From Candidatus Chloroheliaceae bacterium (lineage in GTDB: Bacteria; Chloroflexota; Chloroflexia; Chloroheliales; Chloroheliaceae), in NCBI GenBank assembly GCA_013390945.1, contig JACAUC010000003.1, positions 5,274 through 69,273 on the forward strand: a stretch of 64,000 nucleotides of DNA. The letters run 5' to 3'. The translations under genes and the position numbers were made by a program. Below, one piece after another: positions 9,357 to 19,334 of this stretch (position 1 is the stretch's first letter; each line of letters begins with the position of its first letter). The notes under the pieces were generated by a model. That model was not told the origin of the DNA, did no database searches, and worked only from the letters and a program-made list of their open reading frames with translations.

Positions 9357-10367
9357 TTATGAACTACCCCCCCAAGGAGTGGAAGTTGGTAGCGGCGTGG
9401 AAGTTGGCGGAATGGGTGTCGGCGTGTTGGTCGGTGGAACGGGTGTCGCGGTTTTGGTTGATGTCGCCGTGTTGGTCGGTGGTGCTGGTGTTGGCGTATT
9501 GGTCACAGTCGGCGTATTGGTGACGGTCGGTGTGCTGGTTGGCACTGGCGTATTAGTGACCGTCGGCGTTGGTGCTGCCGTCTGAGTAGCCTTCATATTA
9601 GCGGTTGCCGTTGCCTCGTAGATCGCCGTAATGGTAGAGTTGGCATTGGTGGTATTTTGCGCGATGGTAGCGTTAGCATTGGCAGTAGCTTGTACCACTG
9701 TACCAGTAGCATTAGCAGCAACCTGTGTTGCGGTAGCGATAGCATTGTTGGTAGCCTGCGCGATGGCAGTGTTGGTTTGTCGGGCTATCCTTGTTGCGGT
9801 AGTGTTAGCATTGTTGGTAGCCTGCGCGATGGCAGTGTTGGTCCAAGCGGCTATGGTTAGAGGTGCCGGTGTATTAGTGGGTGTGGCCGTATTAGTGGAT
9901 GTGGCCGTATTAGTGGCCGTACCAGTGGATGTAGCCGTACCAGTGGATGTAGCCGTATTAACTGGCGTTTTGGTACTGGTGGACGTATTAGTGGATGTGG
10001 CCGTATTTGGCGCAGTGGGTGCCGCCGTGCCAGTCGGTGGTATGGCGGTCTGGGTTGGAGTATTAGTGGGTATTGGTGCAGGGGTGGGTAATGATCCCGC
10101 TGTACTCCCCAAAGTAGCAGCAGGAGCAGGCGTAAACTGCGTAAACTCTACACCACCTTCGCCTACGCTGTCTTTTGCACCTTTAAACGCACTGTCCACG
10201 CTGTTAGTGGAAAGCACGATTGCTCCAACAACTGCCAACGAGATCAAGGCGAGTAACACGGCATACTCCACTAAACCTTGCCCACTCTCGCCTTTTCTTA
10301 AAGCTCGGATTTTAGGTTTGTCACGACGTTTCAAATTAGTACTCCTTCCGAATAAATCAGATTTCAT
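9357..10367 (-). CDS. flp: Flp-family type IVb pilin with a ~280-aa Thr/Pro/Ala/Asn-rich repetitive C-terminal extension
   Basis: The Flp signature is GQGLVEYAVLLALISLAVVGAIVL, i.e. the G/XXXXEY processing motif plus a hydrophobic helix. The rest is low-complexity (TNTPT, TSTGTA, NTAIAQATNNA repeats). The track ORF extends to 10397. I prefer the MKSDLF start at 10367. It sits immediately upstream of, and divergent from, the cpaB-cpaE-cpaF-tadBC genes. Confidence 0.65.
   Translation of the reverse strand: MKSDLFGRSTNLKRRDKPKIRALRKGESGQGLVEYAVLLALISLAVVGAIVLSTNSVDSAFKGAKDSVGEGGVEFTQFTPAPAATLGSTAGSLPTPAPIPTNTPTQTAIPPTGTAAPTAPNTATSTNTSTSTKTPVNTATSTGTATSTGTATNTATSTNTATPTNTPAPLTIAAWTNTAIAQATNNANTTATRIARQTNTAIAQATNNAIATATQVAANATGTVVQATANANATIAQNTTNANSTITAIYEATATANMKATQTAAPTPTVTNTPVPTSTPTVTNTPTVTNTPTPAPPTNTATSTKTATPVPPTNTPTPIPPTSTPLPTSTPWGGSS
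9741..9842. repeat. perfect 36-bp direct repeat (period 66 bp) inside the flp extension
   Basis: agcattgttggtagcctgcgcgatggcagtgttggt occurs at 9741-9776 and again at 9807-9842. Further degenerate 18-24 bp tandem units lie at 9883-9960. Confidence 0.9.
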
Positions 10368-10759
10368 GACAAGTACGATTAAGATTAGAATAAACAATCG
10401 GACATTTTAGGTTTAGTACTGGTTAGGAGTAAGAGTGCGACATTGGCTTGGAACAAAAGAGAGATTAAAAAAAAACAATACCTGCAATCCGATTAGAAAA
10501 GGCTTCTAACCCTCCCTACTAGCCACTCTACCCAACTATTACAATGTCCCATGTTCTATTTTATAATTATAACATTACGAAGAGCATTACGGAAGTTGTG
10601 AAAAACGTAACAAATAGTACCCCCTGCGAGCCTTTTTGAGGCTAAAGGCTCTGCCAGAAGCGACTTTAACAGTACTTTGGTGTAGGTTTCTTAAGGCGAG
10701 GTACTAGTACCTAATTAGGAAAAGAGTAATAGGGCGACCATTTTCCTATTGCAAAGGTG

Positions 10760-10768
10760 TGTTATAAT
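10760..10768 (+). promoter_or_regulatory. candidate extended -10 promoter (TGtTATAAT) for the cpaB operon
   Basis: ggtgTGtTATAAT lies ~100 nt upstream of the cpaB start. The same GGTGTG-Y-TATAAT pattern occurs at 18584-18592. Confidence 0.35.
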
Positions 10769-10867
10769 TAACATAACGACACGACATAACATGAGAATAA
10801 GCCCCAAAAAGTTGCAGGCTCACGCATTACTCGACGGGTTAGATGATGAAAGGATAGCAGGCGATTT

Positions 10868-12070
10868 ATGAAAGTTGGTAATAATCGGCTTCTACTGGTC
10901 TTTGCCTTGGTAATAGTGGTAGTAGTTGGTCTCGTGGTTTTTGTGCTTCTGAGTGCCAGCGGAAGCAAGAGTCCACGTTCTACTACCGCCGACCTAGGTC
11001 TTGCGCCTAGTAGCTTTCAAACAGTTGGGCCGGGTACGGTTGCCGCGCCAACCTTAGTAGCGGCTACCCCGCCTCCCCAGCAGGTTTCGGTGGTAGTGGC
11101 GGCGCGGGCTTTGGCTGCTGGAACCCAGCTAAGAGCGGATGACCTAGATACCATACTTAAACCCACCTCTGAAGTCAATGAGGCGGATGACATCACTCAA
11201 AAAGAGTTTGCCATCAACCGTATTACCAAGGTGGCCTATAATCCCAACCAGCAAATCAAAAAGTCCGAGCTAATTGAAGGTTCCTTCTCGAACTATATGC
11301 GCCAACTAGTAGCGGATCGGCGGTTGGAACCAGGTAAGAAGGCTTTTGCTTACGTCACCAACGATCTTTCGGCGGTGGCTGGTCTGATTCAGGAGAATGA
11401 CCTAATAGATGTAGTAGCCACTTTTGCCGTGGAGCGCCGCCCAGTGAATGTGACCGTTAACGGTCAAACCACCACCATCCAAATTTCCGGTTTTGAAGTA
11501 ACCACCAAAACCATTCTCCAAAATGTGCGGGTGCTTAAAGTCATTAAGTTCGGTCTAGGGCTTGCCCCGGTGACAGTGCCACGTCCCACCAACACTCCTG
11601 GCCCTGTTGTAGGAGATACCCCTACCCCAGTCGCGGTCGCGCCTCCTCCCGGCACGGCTACGCCGTTGCCGACGGTTCCACCCTTCAAAGAGACTGGAGA
11701 AGGCTTCGATAATTCCATTATCTTGGTCTTAGCCGTAACCGATCAAGAAGCTGAAATTCTAAAATTCACCCGTGAAAGTCGCTTAACGCAGTCGGTGGCC
11801 CAAGTACCCTCGTTGGCTAATGCTGTGGCCGCTCAGTCTCAGACTACGGCCCTTTCGGTGGCCTCTGATACGAGTAAATCGGCCAATTTCGCGGCTTTAA
11901 CCACTGTGCCAATCGTCCATTTCTTGTTACGAGCGCGTCCTCAAGATACCACTAACCCGCAAGACCCGGCGATTACGCTGGATCGCACTAGTGGCGCAAC
12001 CTTCCGGGTGCTGGTACGTGACTATGGACTACCGATTCCAGAAGTGGTTTATGCAACCAACACCCAGTAA
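10868..12070 (+). CDS. cpaB: Flp pilus assembly protein CpaB/RcpC (SAF domain) with a Pro/Thr-rich insertion
   Basis: 400 aa with an N-terminal TM. SAF-like segment: VVVAARALAAGTQLRADDL. Position is at the head of the tad operon. The insertion is PTNTPGPVVGDTPTPVAVAPPPGTATPLPTVPP. Confidence 0.7.
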   Translation: MKVGNNRLLLVFALVIVVVVGLVVFVLLSASGSKSPRSTTADLGLAPSSFQTVGPGTVAAPTLVAATPPPQQVSVVVAARALAAGTQLRADDLDTILKPTSEVNEADDITQKEFAINRITKVAYNPNQQIKKSELIEGSFSNYMRQLVADRRLEPGKKAFAYVTNDLSAVAGLIQENDLIDVVATFAVERRPVNVTVNGQTTTIQISGFEVTTKTILQNVRVLKVIKFGLGLAPVTVPRPTNTPGPVVGDTPTPVAVAPPPGTATPLPTVPPFKETGEGFDNSIILVLAVTDQEAEILKFTRESRLTQSVAQVPSLANAVAAQSQTTALSVASDTSKSANFAALTTVPIVHFLLRARPQDTTNPQDPAITLDRTSGATFRVLVRDYGLPIPEVVYATNTQ

Positions 12071-12436
12071 ACGGTCTCTAGTAGGATTTTGAGATAGAGC
12101 TAAGAGTGCCACGGGTCAAAATAGGTATTCTATTCTCATTTGGCAATCCGCGCCAAGCCTAGGGCATAGCGCGGATTGGCGTTGTACTAATAAAATATAC
12201 CTAAGAGGGTATATAATAAGTTTGTGTTCTAACCCGTTAGGCAACACAATAGTACTATAATTCTATCCGTAGTATCTATTGCAAGCCTCTTCCAAAAATG
12301 TTAGAATTTTGCTAAGGGTCGTGGGTACGGCTAGTTATTACTACGCCCAATCTTGTAACCTTAGATTAAAGATCAAACAGCGTGGTTAAACGTCAGTAGG
12401 AGCGGTAGCCGACATTGCAAATAAGGAAAGCTGAAC

Positions 12437-13744
12437 ATGAGTGATCCGCAGCGGAAAATAAAATTGCTGGTGGTAGACGATATTGTCGAAACCCGCAACA
12501 ACCTCATCAATTTGCTCTACTTCGAAAAAGATATTGAAGTAATTGGCTCGGCTACACGCGGCCAAGAAGGAATTGATCTAGCTAAAAAGCTTCAACCAGA
12601 CATCGTTTTGATGGACATCAATATGCCCGATATGGACGGCATTACCGCGACTGAGCGGATTATGCAGCAGGTTCCGGGTGTATCAGTCATCATGATGAGT
12701 GTACAGGGGGAGCAAGATTACTTGCGCCGGGCCATGCGAGCCGGTGCCCGTGAGTTCTTGGTTAAACCTTTTACCAGTGAAGAGTTGACGAGCGGGATTC
12801 GCCACGTCTACGCCGAGAACCAGAATTTACGTAGGCTCCAGCCAGTGGTTACGGCAGGGCAAGGTACCCCAGCGGCGGATGCCAGCGATGACCACTTAGG
12901 TGAAGTCATTAGCGTCTTCAGTCCCAAAGGTGGTGTAGGGCGGACAACTATCATTACCAATCTGGCGGTAGCCGTGAAACAACACAGCAAAAAGCGGGTA
13001 GCCCTAATGGATGGTAGCCTCTTTTTTGGGGATGTCGGCATTATGCTGGATGTGCGTAATAATAAAACTATGAATGATCTGCAAGGTCGGGTAGATCAAC
13101 TCGATGCCCAATTACTGACCGATGTAATGATGACCCACTCCAGCGAGGTTAAGATTTTATTGGCTCCACCTAAACCGGAACAAGCCGAATTGGTGGTAGC
13201 CGAAGATCTTAAACGGATTATTCAGGAATTGCGCCGTAATTTTGATTATGTCTTTATAGATACATTTCCATCCCTTAAAGAAGAGACTCAGCTTGCTATC
13301 CTAGATGCCAGCGACTATATTCTTACGGTGATGACCCTAGAAATGCCTTCTATTAAGGATGTACGTCTTTTCCTAGAAGTAGCCGAATTACTGGAATATC
13401 CCCGTGACAAAATTGTCTTAATCCTAAATCGAGCCGATAGCAAACATGGTTTACGGGCTGAAAATATCGAGGCTACGATTGGTCATCCTATTACCGCTAC
13501 AATTGTCAGTAGTGGTGCGGCGGTTACCCTCTCGATCAATCGGGGTACTCCGCTGGTGATGGATGCTCCTGATAATCCCTTCTCAAAGGATATTGAAGCC
13601 TTGGCTAAACGGATCATCGCCGGAACCCTTAACCAGAAAGAGTCAGGAAAGAAAGGCAAAGAAGTAGCCGCTGTTGGTGGTGAGCATGGAAAAGGTTCGG
13701 GTAAACCGGGTGGTTTACTAGGTGGTCTCTTCAAAAAAAGGTAA
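12437..13744 (+). CDS. cpaE: response-regulator receiver domain fused to a CpaE/TadZ-type ParA/MinD ATPase
   Basis: The REC domain has canonical residues: LVVDD, LMDINMPDMDG, MSVQ, KPF. It is followed by the deviant Walker A SPKGGVGRTTI and a MinD-like fold. Confidence 0.8.
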   Translation: MSDPQRKIKLLVVDDIVETRNNLINLLYFEKDIEVIGSATRGQEGIDLAKKLQPDIVLMDINMPDMDGITATERIMQQVPGVSVIMMSVQGEQDYLRRAMRAGAREFLVKPFTSEELTSGIRHVYAENQNLRRLQPVVTAGQGTPAADASDDHLGEVISVFSPKGGVGRTTIITNLAVAVKQHSKKRVALMDGSLFFGDVGIMLDVRNNKTMNDLQGRVDQLDAQLLTDVMMTHSSEVKILLAPPKPEQAELVVAEDLKRIIQELRRNFDYVFIDTFPSLKEETQLAILDASDYILTVMTLEMPSIKDVRLFLEVAELLEYPRDKIVLILNRADSKHGLRAENIEATIGHPITATIVSSGAAVTLSINRGTPLVMDAPDNPFSKDIEALAKRIIAGTLNQKESGKKGKEVAAVGGEHGKGSGKPGGLLGGLFKKR

Positions 13745-13807
13745 AATGGTCTCCATTTAATCCGCTCCGCGGGGCAGAACGAATAGTTTTACAAAGGTGG
13801 TGTTAAG

Positions 13808-15307
13808 GTGTCACTCTTAAAACGTATTGGTGGTGAAGGCGATTCGAATCAGGGTAATAGTTCATCCGCTACAAATTCGAACGCTAATAACTCAAGTACC
13901 TCTCAGCCAAAAATAGAAACAAGTTCTAATGGCACTGGAACCGAAGGATCTGTTCGGCTTGGCAATAGCGGTGGTGGCTTGAGTAGCCGCCGAAATGAGA
14001 TTACCGAGGCTCCGGGCAATAAACAGGATAAAATCACCCAAGAACTCAAGGGTCGTATTCAGGAACGTCTGATTGCCGAATTGGAAAAGAAGCGCATACC
14101 TGTCACGGATGATAAGGCGGTACGTAACAATACCGAAGAGATTTTTGCCCAGATCCTTTCCGAAGAGCCTGTTCCTTTGAGCCGTACCGAGAAGCAAACC
14201 CTGCTAGAAGCTATCCTTTCTGAAATTATGGGCTTGGGGCCGATTGACCCCCTCTTGCGCGATGATAGCATCAGTGAAATTATGATTAATGGTCCAAAGC
14301 AGGTTTATATTGAGCGTAAAGGTAAGCTAGTCAAGACCGATGTGGTTTTTCAAAATAACGAACACGTGATGCGAATTGTGGAGCGGATCGTCGCTCCTAT
14401 TGGACGACGTATTGATGAGAGTCAACCCCTCGTAGATGCTCGTCTGCCTGATGGGAGCCGCGTAAATATCGTAATTCCGCCCGTTGCTATCAAAGGACCC
14501 ACCATTACGATCCGCAAGTTTTCCAAAAAACCCTTGCAAATTGAAGACTTGATTCGCTTTGGCAGTATCTCGGCTAGGGCCGCCGACTTCTTGAAAAACT
14601 GCGTGGTGGGTCGTCTCAATATTGTAGTCTCTGGTGGTACTGGTTCGGGTAAAACAACCCTGCTAAACGTACTTTCTAACTTTATTCCAGATGACGAACG
14701 TATCATCACCGTAGAAAACGCCGCCGAACTTCAACTTAACAAAGATCACGTGGTTACCCTAGAATCGCGGTCAGCTAACATTGAAGGTAAAGGCGAAGTC
14801 AGTATTCGCGATTTGGTAATTAACTGCTTGCGTATGCGTCCTGAGCGCATTGTGGTAGGAGAGTGTCGTGGTGGTGAAGCCCTCGAAATGCTTCAGGCTA
14901 TGAATACTGGTCACGATGGTTCACTCACCACTGCCCACGCTAACAGTCCTAAAGATACCATTAGTCGTCTGGAAACGATGTGCCTTATGTCTGGTATGGA
15001 TTTGCCGGTACGGGCTATTCGGGAACAAATTGCGGCAGCAGTGCAACTAATCGTTCAGCAAGAACGTATGAAAGATGGCTCGCGCCGCGTAACCAGTGTT
15101 ACGGAAGTGGACGGAATGGAGGGCGACATCATTAAGATGCAAGAGATCTTCCGTTTTGAGCAGACTGGCACGGATGAGAATGGTAAAGTCATCGGTCAAC
15201 TCCGTCCTACTGGGGTACAGCCGCGCTTCCTTGAAAAATTCGAGACGTTGGGCCTTTACTTGCCTCCCGATACGTTTGGGGCGGGTAATATGATGCGGGC
15301 CTTCTAA
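13808..15307 (+). CDS. cpaF: Tad secretion ATPase CpaF/TadA
   Basis: 499 aa with a GTG start. Walker A is SGGTGSGKTTLLN, Walker B / Asp box is RPERIVVGECRGGEA, and the His box is GHDGSLTTAHAN. Confidence 0.9.
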   Translation: MSLLKRIGGEGDSNQGNSSSATNSNANNSSTSQPKIETSSNGTGTEGSVRLGNSGGGLSSRRNEITEAPGNKQDKITQELKGRIQERLIAELEKKRIPVTDDKAVRNNTEEIFAQILSEEPVPLSRTEKQTLLEAILSEIMGLGPIDPLLRDDSISEIMINGPKQVYIERKGKLVKTDVVFQNNEHVMRIVERIVAPIGRRIDESQPLVDARLPDGSRVNIVIPPVAIKGPTITIRKFSKKPLQIEDLIRFGSISARAADFLKNCVVGRLNIVVSGGTGSGKTTLLNVLSNFIPDDERIITVENAAELQLNKDHVVTLESRSANIEGKGEVSIRDLVINCLRMRPERIVVGECRGGEALEMLQAMNTGHDGSLTTAHANSPKDTISRLETMCLMSGMDLPVRAIREQIAAAVQLIVQQERMKDGSRRVTSVTEVDGMEGDIIKMQEIFRFEQTGTDENGKVIGQLRPTGVQPRFLEKFETLGLYLPPDTFGAGNMMRAF

Positions 15308-15396
15308 AAAATTGACTAAATTGACTATGGAGGGTTAGCGTGGCGAGAATCAACGCTCTAAACGCTAACTAAGCTAGGGCCAGGAGCCAATTTCTT

Positions 15397-16380
15397 ATGC
15401 AACCAATAATACTTATCATAGTAGCGGTGTCTATTGTGGTAGTGCTGGTAGTCGTTCTTTTTATTACCCGCTCTCGTCGTCGCAAAAAAACCAATGTTAC
15501 CGACCGCCTGACCGATTATGCAGGCGGCAGCACTCGTGCCGGGGAAACTACCGCCGTCACTAAATCCTCTAACGCCCGCGAGGAGGTGGCAGCACGAATT
15601 GATAAAGCCTTGAAAGGTAAGGGCTTTGCCAACGAAATTTCGCGTAAATTGGCCCGGGCGGATTTGCGCTTGACCGTGAGTGAGTTTATTGGCCTTAAGG
15701 TGCTAAGTATGGGGGCGGCTTTTGCCATTGGCTCGTTTCTTGGGCGCGGCTTTGGTTCGTTCGCTTTGGTAGTGGGCTTGCTCTTAGGCATTCTTGGCCT
15801 TTATATTCCTGATATTATGGTTGGTCGAAAGGGTAATAAACGGATCAAGACTTTCAATAGTCAATTGGGCGATACTATTATGCTTTGTGCCAACTCGTTG
15901 CGCTCTGGTTATAGCCTTTTGCAATCGCTGGAATTGATTTCTAAAGAAGCTCCTGTGCCAATGTGCGATGAGTTCCAGCGCGTTATTCGCGAAGTTAGCC
16001 TTGGCTTAGCCACCCGCGAGGCACTCAGCAATATGTTACGCCGTGTACCCAGCGATGACCTTGATCTTCTGATTACCGCGATCAATATCCAAAGCGAAGT
16101 AGGTGGTAATCTGGCAACTATTCTGGATAAGATTGGGCATACTATCCGTGAGCGGGTTCGCATCAAAGGTGAAATTAAGGTGCTGACGGCCCAACAACAA
16201 TATGCGGGCTACATCATTTCGGGTCTGCCTCTCGCCCTTTGTGGGGTGCTAATGTTAATCAGTCCCCAATATGTAACCAAAATGTTTCCTTGGCCGTATA
16301 CCTGTATGCCGATCTGTGGTCTTATTTTGATTGCAAGTGGTTTCATGGCGATCATGAAAATTGTTCAAATTGATATTTAA
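15397..16380 (+). CDS. tadB: Tad pilus platform protein TadB (T2SS F family)
   Basis: 327 aa with an N-terminal TM, a cytoplasmic T2SSF domain and C-terminal TMs. It directly follows cpaF. Confidence 0.8.
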   Translation: MQPIILIIVAVSIVVVLVVVLFITRSRRRKKTNVTDRLTDYAGGSTRAGETTAVTKSSNAREEVAARIDKALKGKGFANEISRKLARADLRLTVSEFIGLKVLSMGAAFAIGSFLGRGFGSFALVVGLLLGILGLYIPDIMVGRKGNKRIKTFNSQLGDTIMLCANSLRSGYSLLQSLELISKEAPVPMCDEFQRVIREVSLGLATREALSNMLRRVPSDDLDLLITAINIQSEVGGNLATILDKIGHTIRERVRIKGEIKVLTAQQQYAGYIISGLPLALCGVLMLISPQYVTKMFPWPYTCMPICGLILIASGFMAIMKIVQIDI

Positions 16381-16435
16381 CCTCTTAGGAGTTAAATATC
16401 AATAAATTGTCTAGAATTTCTTTAGGAGGTCTTAT

Positions 16436-17371
16436 ATGTCTCAAAATGTAGTCTATATGATACTAGTAGCCCTGCTGGTAGTTGGGTTAGGTGCTGTGGG
16501 CTATGGCTTTATCAAGAACCGCCGTCGAATGAGACCCGACTTGCTTGAGAAACGCTTGGCCGAATATATAGATGCTCCGGTTTCCTTAGAAAAACTGGAA
16601 CTAGATCAGCCCTTCTCTGAGCGCGTGTTGAAGCCCATCTTCAACCGTTTTGCGGGGGCGGGCAATGCTATGACACCCGCCAAAACGGTTGAACGGCTTC
16701 GCCGCAATTTATCTATTGCGGGTAATCCCAATGGGTTGCAGCCTGCCGACTTCATGGGCTTGCGGATGGTAGCAATGTTGGTGCTGGGTGGTATTGTCCT
16801 CTTTTTGGCTTTTTTGGCAAAAATGTCTTTTGTCATGGTGATTATGGCCGGGGTGGTCTTTGCCCTAATTGGCTATATGCTACCGATTTATTGGCTGGAT
16901 GGCAAAATGAAGGCTCGGCGTAAACTAATCCAGCGAGCTTTACCAGATGCCATAGACCTCCTGACGATTAGCGTAGAAGCAGGTCTTGGTTTTGATCAGG
17001 CTCTCCAGCGCGTAACCGAGAAGTGGGAGACTGAACTGGGCAAAGAATTTAAACGGGTGCTAAGCGAAAGTCGCGTAGGTAAACCCAAACGCGAGGCTTT
17101 GCGCGAGATGTCTAATCGCTGTGATGTGCAGGATTTGAATATCTTTGTCGCTTCTATCATTCAAGCCGAACAATTGGGTGTTAGCATCGGTAAGGTTCTT
17201 AGCATACAGTCTGACCAAATGCGGGTACGCCGTCGCCAACTGGCTGAAGAGATGGCCCATAAAGCACCGATCAAGATGATCTTTCCAATGGTCTTCTTGA
17301 TCTTCCCTTCGGTCTATATCGTAATTCTTGGACCGGCTGTACCGACTATCGCACCGGCTCTTGGCTTCTAG
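16436..17371 (+). CDS. tadC: Tad pilus platform protein TadC (T2SS F family)
   Basis: 311 aa with the same architecture as TadB (PDAIDLLTISVEAGLGFDQAL). It is the second F-family paralogue, as is usual in tad loci. Confidence 0.8.
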   Translation: MSQNVVYMILVALLVVGLGAVGYGFIKNRRRMRPDLLEKRLAEYIDAPVSLEKLELDQPFSERVLKPIFNRFAGAGNAMTPAKTVERLRRNLSIAGNPNGLQPADFMGLRMVAMLVLGGIVLFLAFLAKMSFVMVIMAGVVFALIGYMLPIYWLDGKMKARRKLIQRALPDAIDLLTISVEAGLGFDQALQRVTEKWETELGKEFKRVLSESRVGKPKREALREMSNRCDVQDLNIFVASIIQAEQLGVSIGKVLSIQSDQMRVRRRQLAEEMAHKAPIKMIFPMVFLIFPSVYIVILGPAVPTIAPALGF

Positions 17372-17400
17372 CCTTAGTTGGTTAGAGTTAGAAAGAAATT

Positions 17401-17790
17401 ATGCGAGTTGTAGATAAAGCCCGTGGTCAGACCTTAATGACACACGGGCGTATTGCTGATACGTTCTGGGCGCGAGGGGTGGGCTTGCTCAACCGTAAGA
17501 GTTTGGGCGAGGGCGAGGGTTTGATAATCATTCCTAACAATAGCGTCCATTGTTTCTTTATGCGTTTTACGATTGATGTGGTCTTTGTCTCTAAAGAACA
17601 GCGCATTGTCTATCTCTATCCCCGCATGAAACCTTGGCGAGTAAGCAAAATTGTGGGTAAAGCTCACTATGTAATTGAATTACCGGAGGGAACAGTGGAG
17701 CGAGCCGGGGCCAAAATCGGAGATGTGGTGGAATGGCAGGATGAGACTAGCTACCAGCCACTTGACCCTTTCAAAAAACCATCTAAGTAA
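17401..17790 (+). CDS. DUF192 family protein
   Basis: 129 aa. The pattern GLLNRKSLGEGEGLIIIPNNSVHCFFMRFTIDVVFV ... HYVIELPEGT is typical of DUF192 (COG1430), which is frequently tad-associated. Confidence 0.65.
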   Translation: MRVVDKARGQTLMTHGRIADTFWARGVGLLNRKSLGEGEGLIIIPNNSVHCFFMRFTIDVVFVSKEQRIVYLYPRMKPWRVSKIVGKAHYVIELPEGTVERAGAKIGDVVEWQDETSYQPLDPFKKPSK

Positions 17791-17799
17791 AAGCCACTT

Positions 17800-18525
17800 A
17801 TGAATCTCAGGCTTTTGTCTGGTCTGCTAGATTTTTTCTATCCACCGCGTTGCCTAGTCTGCAACAAAATAGGGGCACAGGTTCATCCGGCTTGCCGGGC
17901 CGAATTACCTTTTATCCTTGCCCCTTTCTGTAGCTACTGCGGTTTGCCTCTACCAACGGCTGCTTCGATTTGTGATAGTAGTTTGTGCTTGCGCTCCCCG
18001 GAGGAACGTAGCCTTGATCGGGTTTGTTCGGTTTTCCGGCATAGTCAGGGCGCACGTCAAAGTGTTCTACGCTTGAAATATAAGGGTGTTTCTAGCCTGA
18101 CCGATTGGTTGGTGAGCGAATTGGCTGGAGCCGTCCGACGCAATAAATTAGAGGTAGCGGATGGGGTGCTGGCGGTGCCGTTACATTCGCGCCGCTTACG
18201 TGAGCGAGGCTATAACCAAGCGGGGTTATTGGCGGTGGGTCTTTCGCATTACCTGAACCTTACCTCTTATGAAGGGTTGTTAGTACGTAGTCGGGAAACG
18301 CGCTCCCAAGTGGGCCTTGATGGTTCTAGCCGGACAAAAAATATGCGTGGAGCCTTTACTTGGCAGGGCAAACCACTGGAAGGTCAGACTTTGCTTTTGA
18401 TTGATGATGTCTGCACTACTGGGGCTACTCTTTCGGAATGTGCCGGGGTTCTCAAGTTAGCCGGGGCTAGTCGAGTTTGGGGAGTGACTGTAACCCGCGA
18501 ACTGCGCCACGAATCACAATATTAA
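17800..18525 (+). CDS. comF: ComF-family phosphoribosyltransferase-like protein
   Basis: N-terminal Cys pairs (PPRCLVCNK ... CSYCG) plus the PRT motif LLLIDDVCTTGATL. Confidence 0.8.
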   Translation: MNLRLLSGLLDFFYPPRCLVCNKIGAQVHPACRAELPFILAPFCSYCGLPLPTAASICDSSLCLRSPEERSLDRVCSVFRHSQGARQSVLRLKYKGVSSLTDWLVSELAGAVRRNKLEVADGVLAVPLHSRRLRERGYNQAGLLAVGLSHYLNLTSYEGLLVRSRETRSQVGLDGSSRTKNMRGAFTWQGKPLEGQTLLLIDDVCTTGATLSECAGVLKLAGASRVWGVTVTRELRHESQY

Positions 18526-18828
18526 ATTTTTATTAGAATAGACCATATAGCCCTTTTGGGCAGTAGTAACTCTTGCAGCGGTGTGCTATAATGATCTCAG
18601 CGTGAAGAACTTGTGAATATCCATTCAAACTCTTGATGAGTTTAGATGCTAAAGCACTGGTTACCTATCCCAATCTGTTCTGGGGATAATACGTGAGTGT
18701 GGTTAATCTTATTTTAGTGGACATGCCGACAATGAAGACGGTGTGACGATTAGCGTCGTAAGGTCTTCTTTACAGCGTCATGTAAAGCTGAGACCAGCGG
18801 CAATCCAGCAAAGGAGCTGACACGACTT

Positions 18829-19107
18829 ATGGCAATGACTCTCAATCTGCGGGCCGACCGTGAACTCTGGAAATATATCTTTGTACATTATCCTTTCTCT
18901 AGTTCTTTACATTTGTCGGTACTTCCTGATTATAATCATGTTTGGGCCGAACAGTTGTATCGGGAGGATCCCGAACTCCACCCTGAGCTTTTAACACCAC
19001 GCCACCAGCGCATTATTAAGGCAGTGGCACGGCAGGGACGAGTGATGGGTGTTCAGATTAAACAGCCAAGTGCTGTAAAGGAGTGTGAACTAGCCGTGAG
19101 TAGATAG
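18829..19107 (+). CDS. hypothetical protein
   Basis: 92-aa ORF with an aaaggag RBS. It is preceded by a ~240-nt structured leader and followed by a hairpin terminator. Confidence 0.4.
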   Translation: MAMTLNLRADRELWKYIFVHYPFSSSLHLSVLPDYNHVWAEQLYREDPELHPELLTPRHQRIIKAVARQGRVMGVQIKQPSAVKECELAVSR

Positions 19108-19161
19108 TACATCTTCTTGTTACGTCTACTTCTTGCCTTAGCAATTAAATATAATTATATT

Positions 19162-19195
19162 AGAGGCAAACCAAGGGCGGTTTGCCTCTTCTGAT
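19162..19195 (+). terminator. candidate intrinsic terminator
   Basis: AGAGGCAAACC aagggc GGTTTGCCTCT stem (11 bp), followed by a T-rich tract. Confidence 0.5.
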
Positions 19196-19334
19196 TCCTC
19201 CTATTTTTTTTCAATAATGCTGGTAGGGGGCAGATTCAATCTACCCCAACCGACTGAGGAGTAGTAGCAAGAAATGGTGAAGGAGCGTATAATGGTTCAA
19301 GTTAAATTCAGCTAAATCTTTTCGTTTTGATCTT

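Noticed and set aside
9317-10410. Plus-strand ORFs 9317-9523, 9379-9585, 9631-10410 and 9657-9860 (Val/Gly/Ala-rich).
   Set aside because: They are antisense read-throughs of the Thr/Pro/Ala-rich repeat codons of the minus-strand flp gene. They are low-complexity, have no RBS and overlap it entirely.
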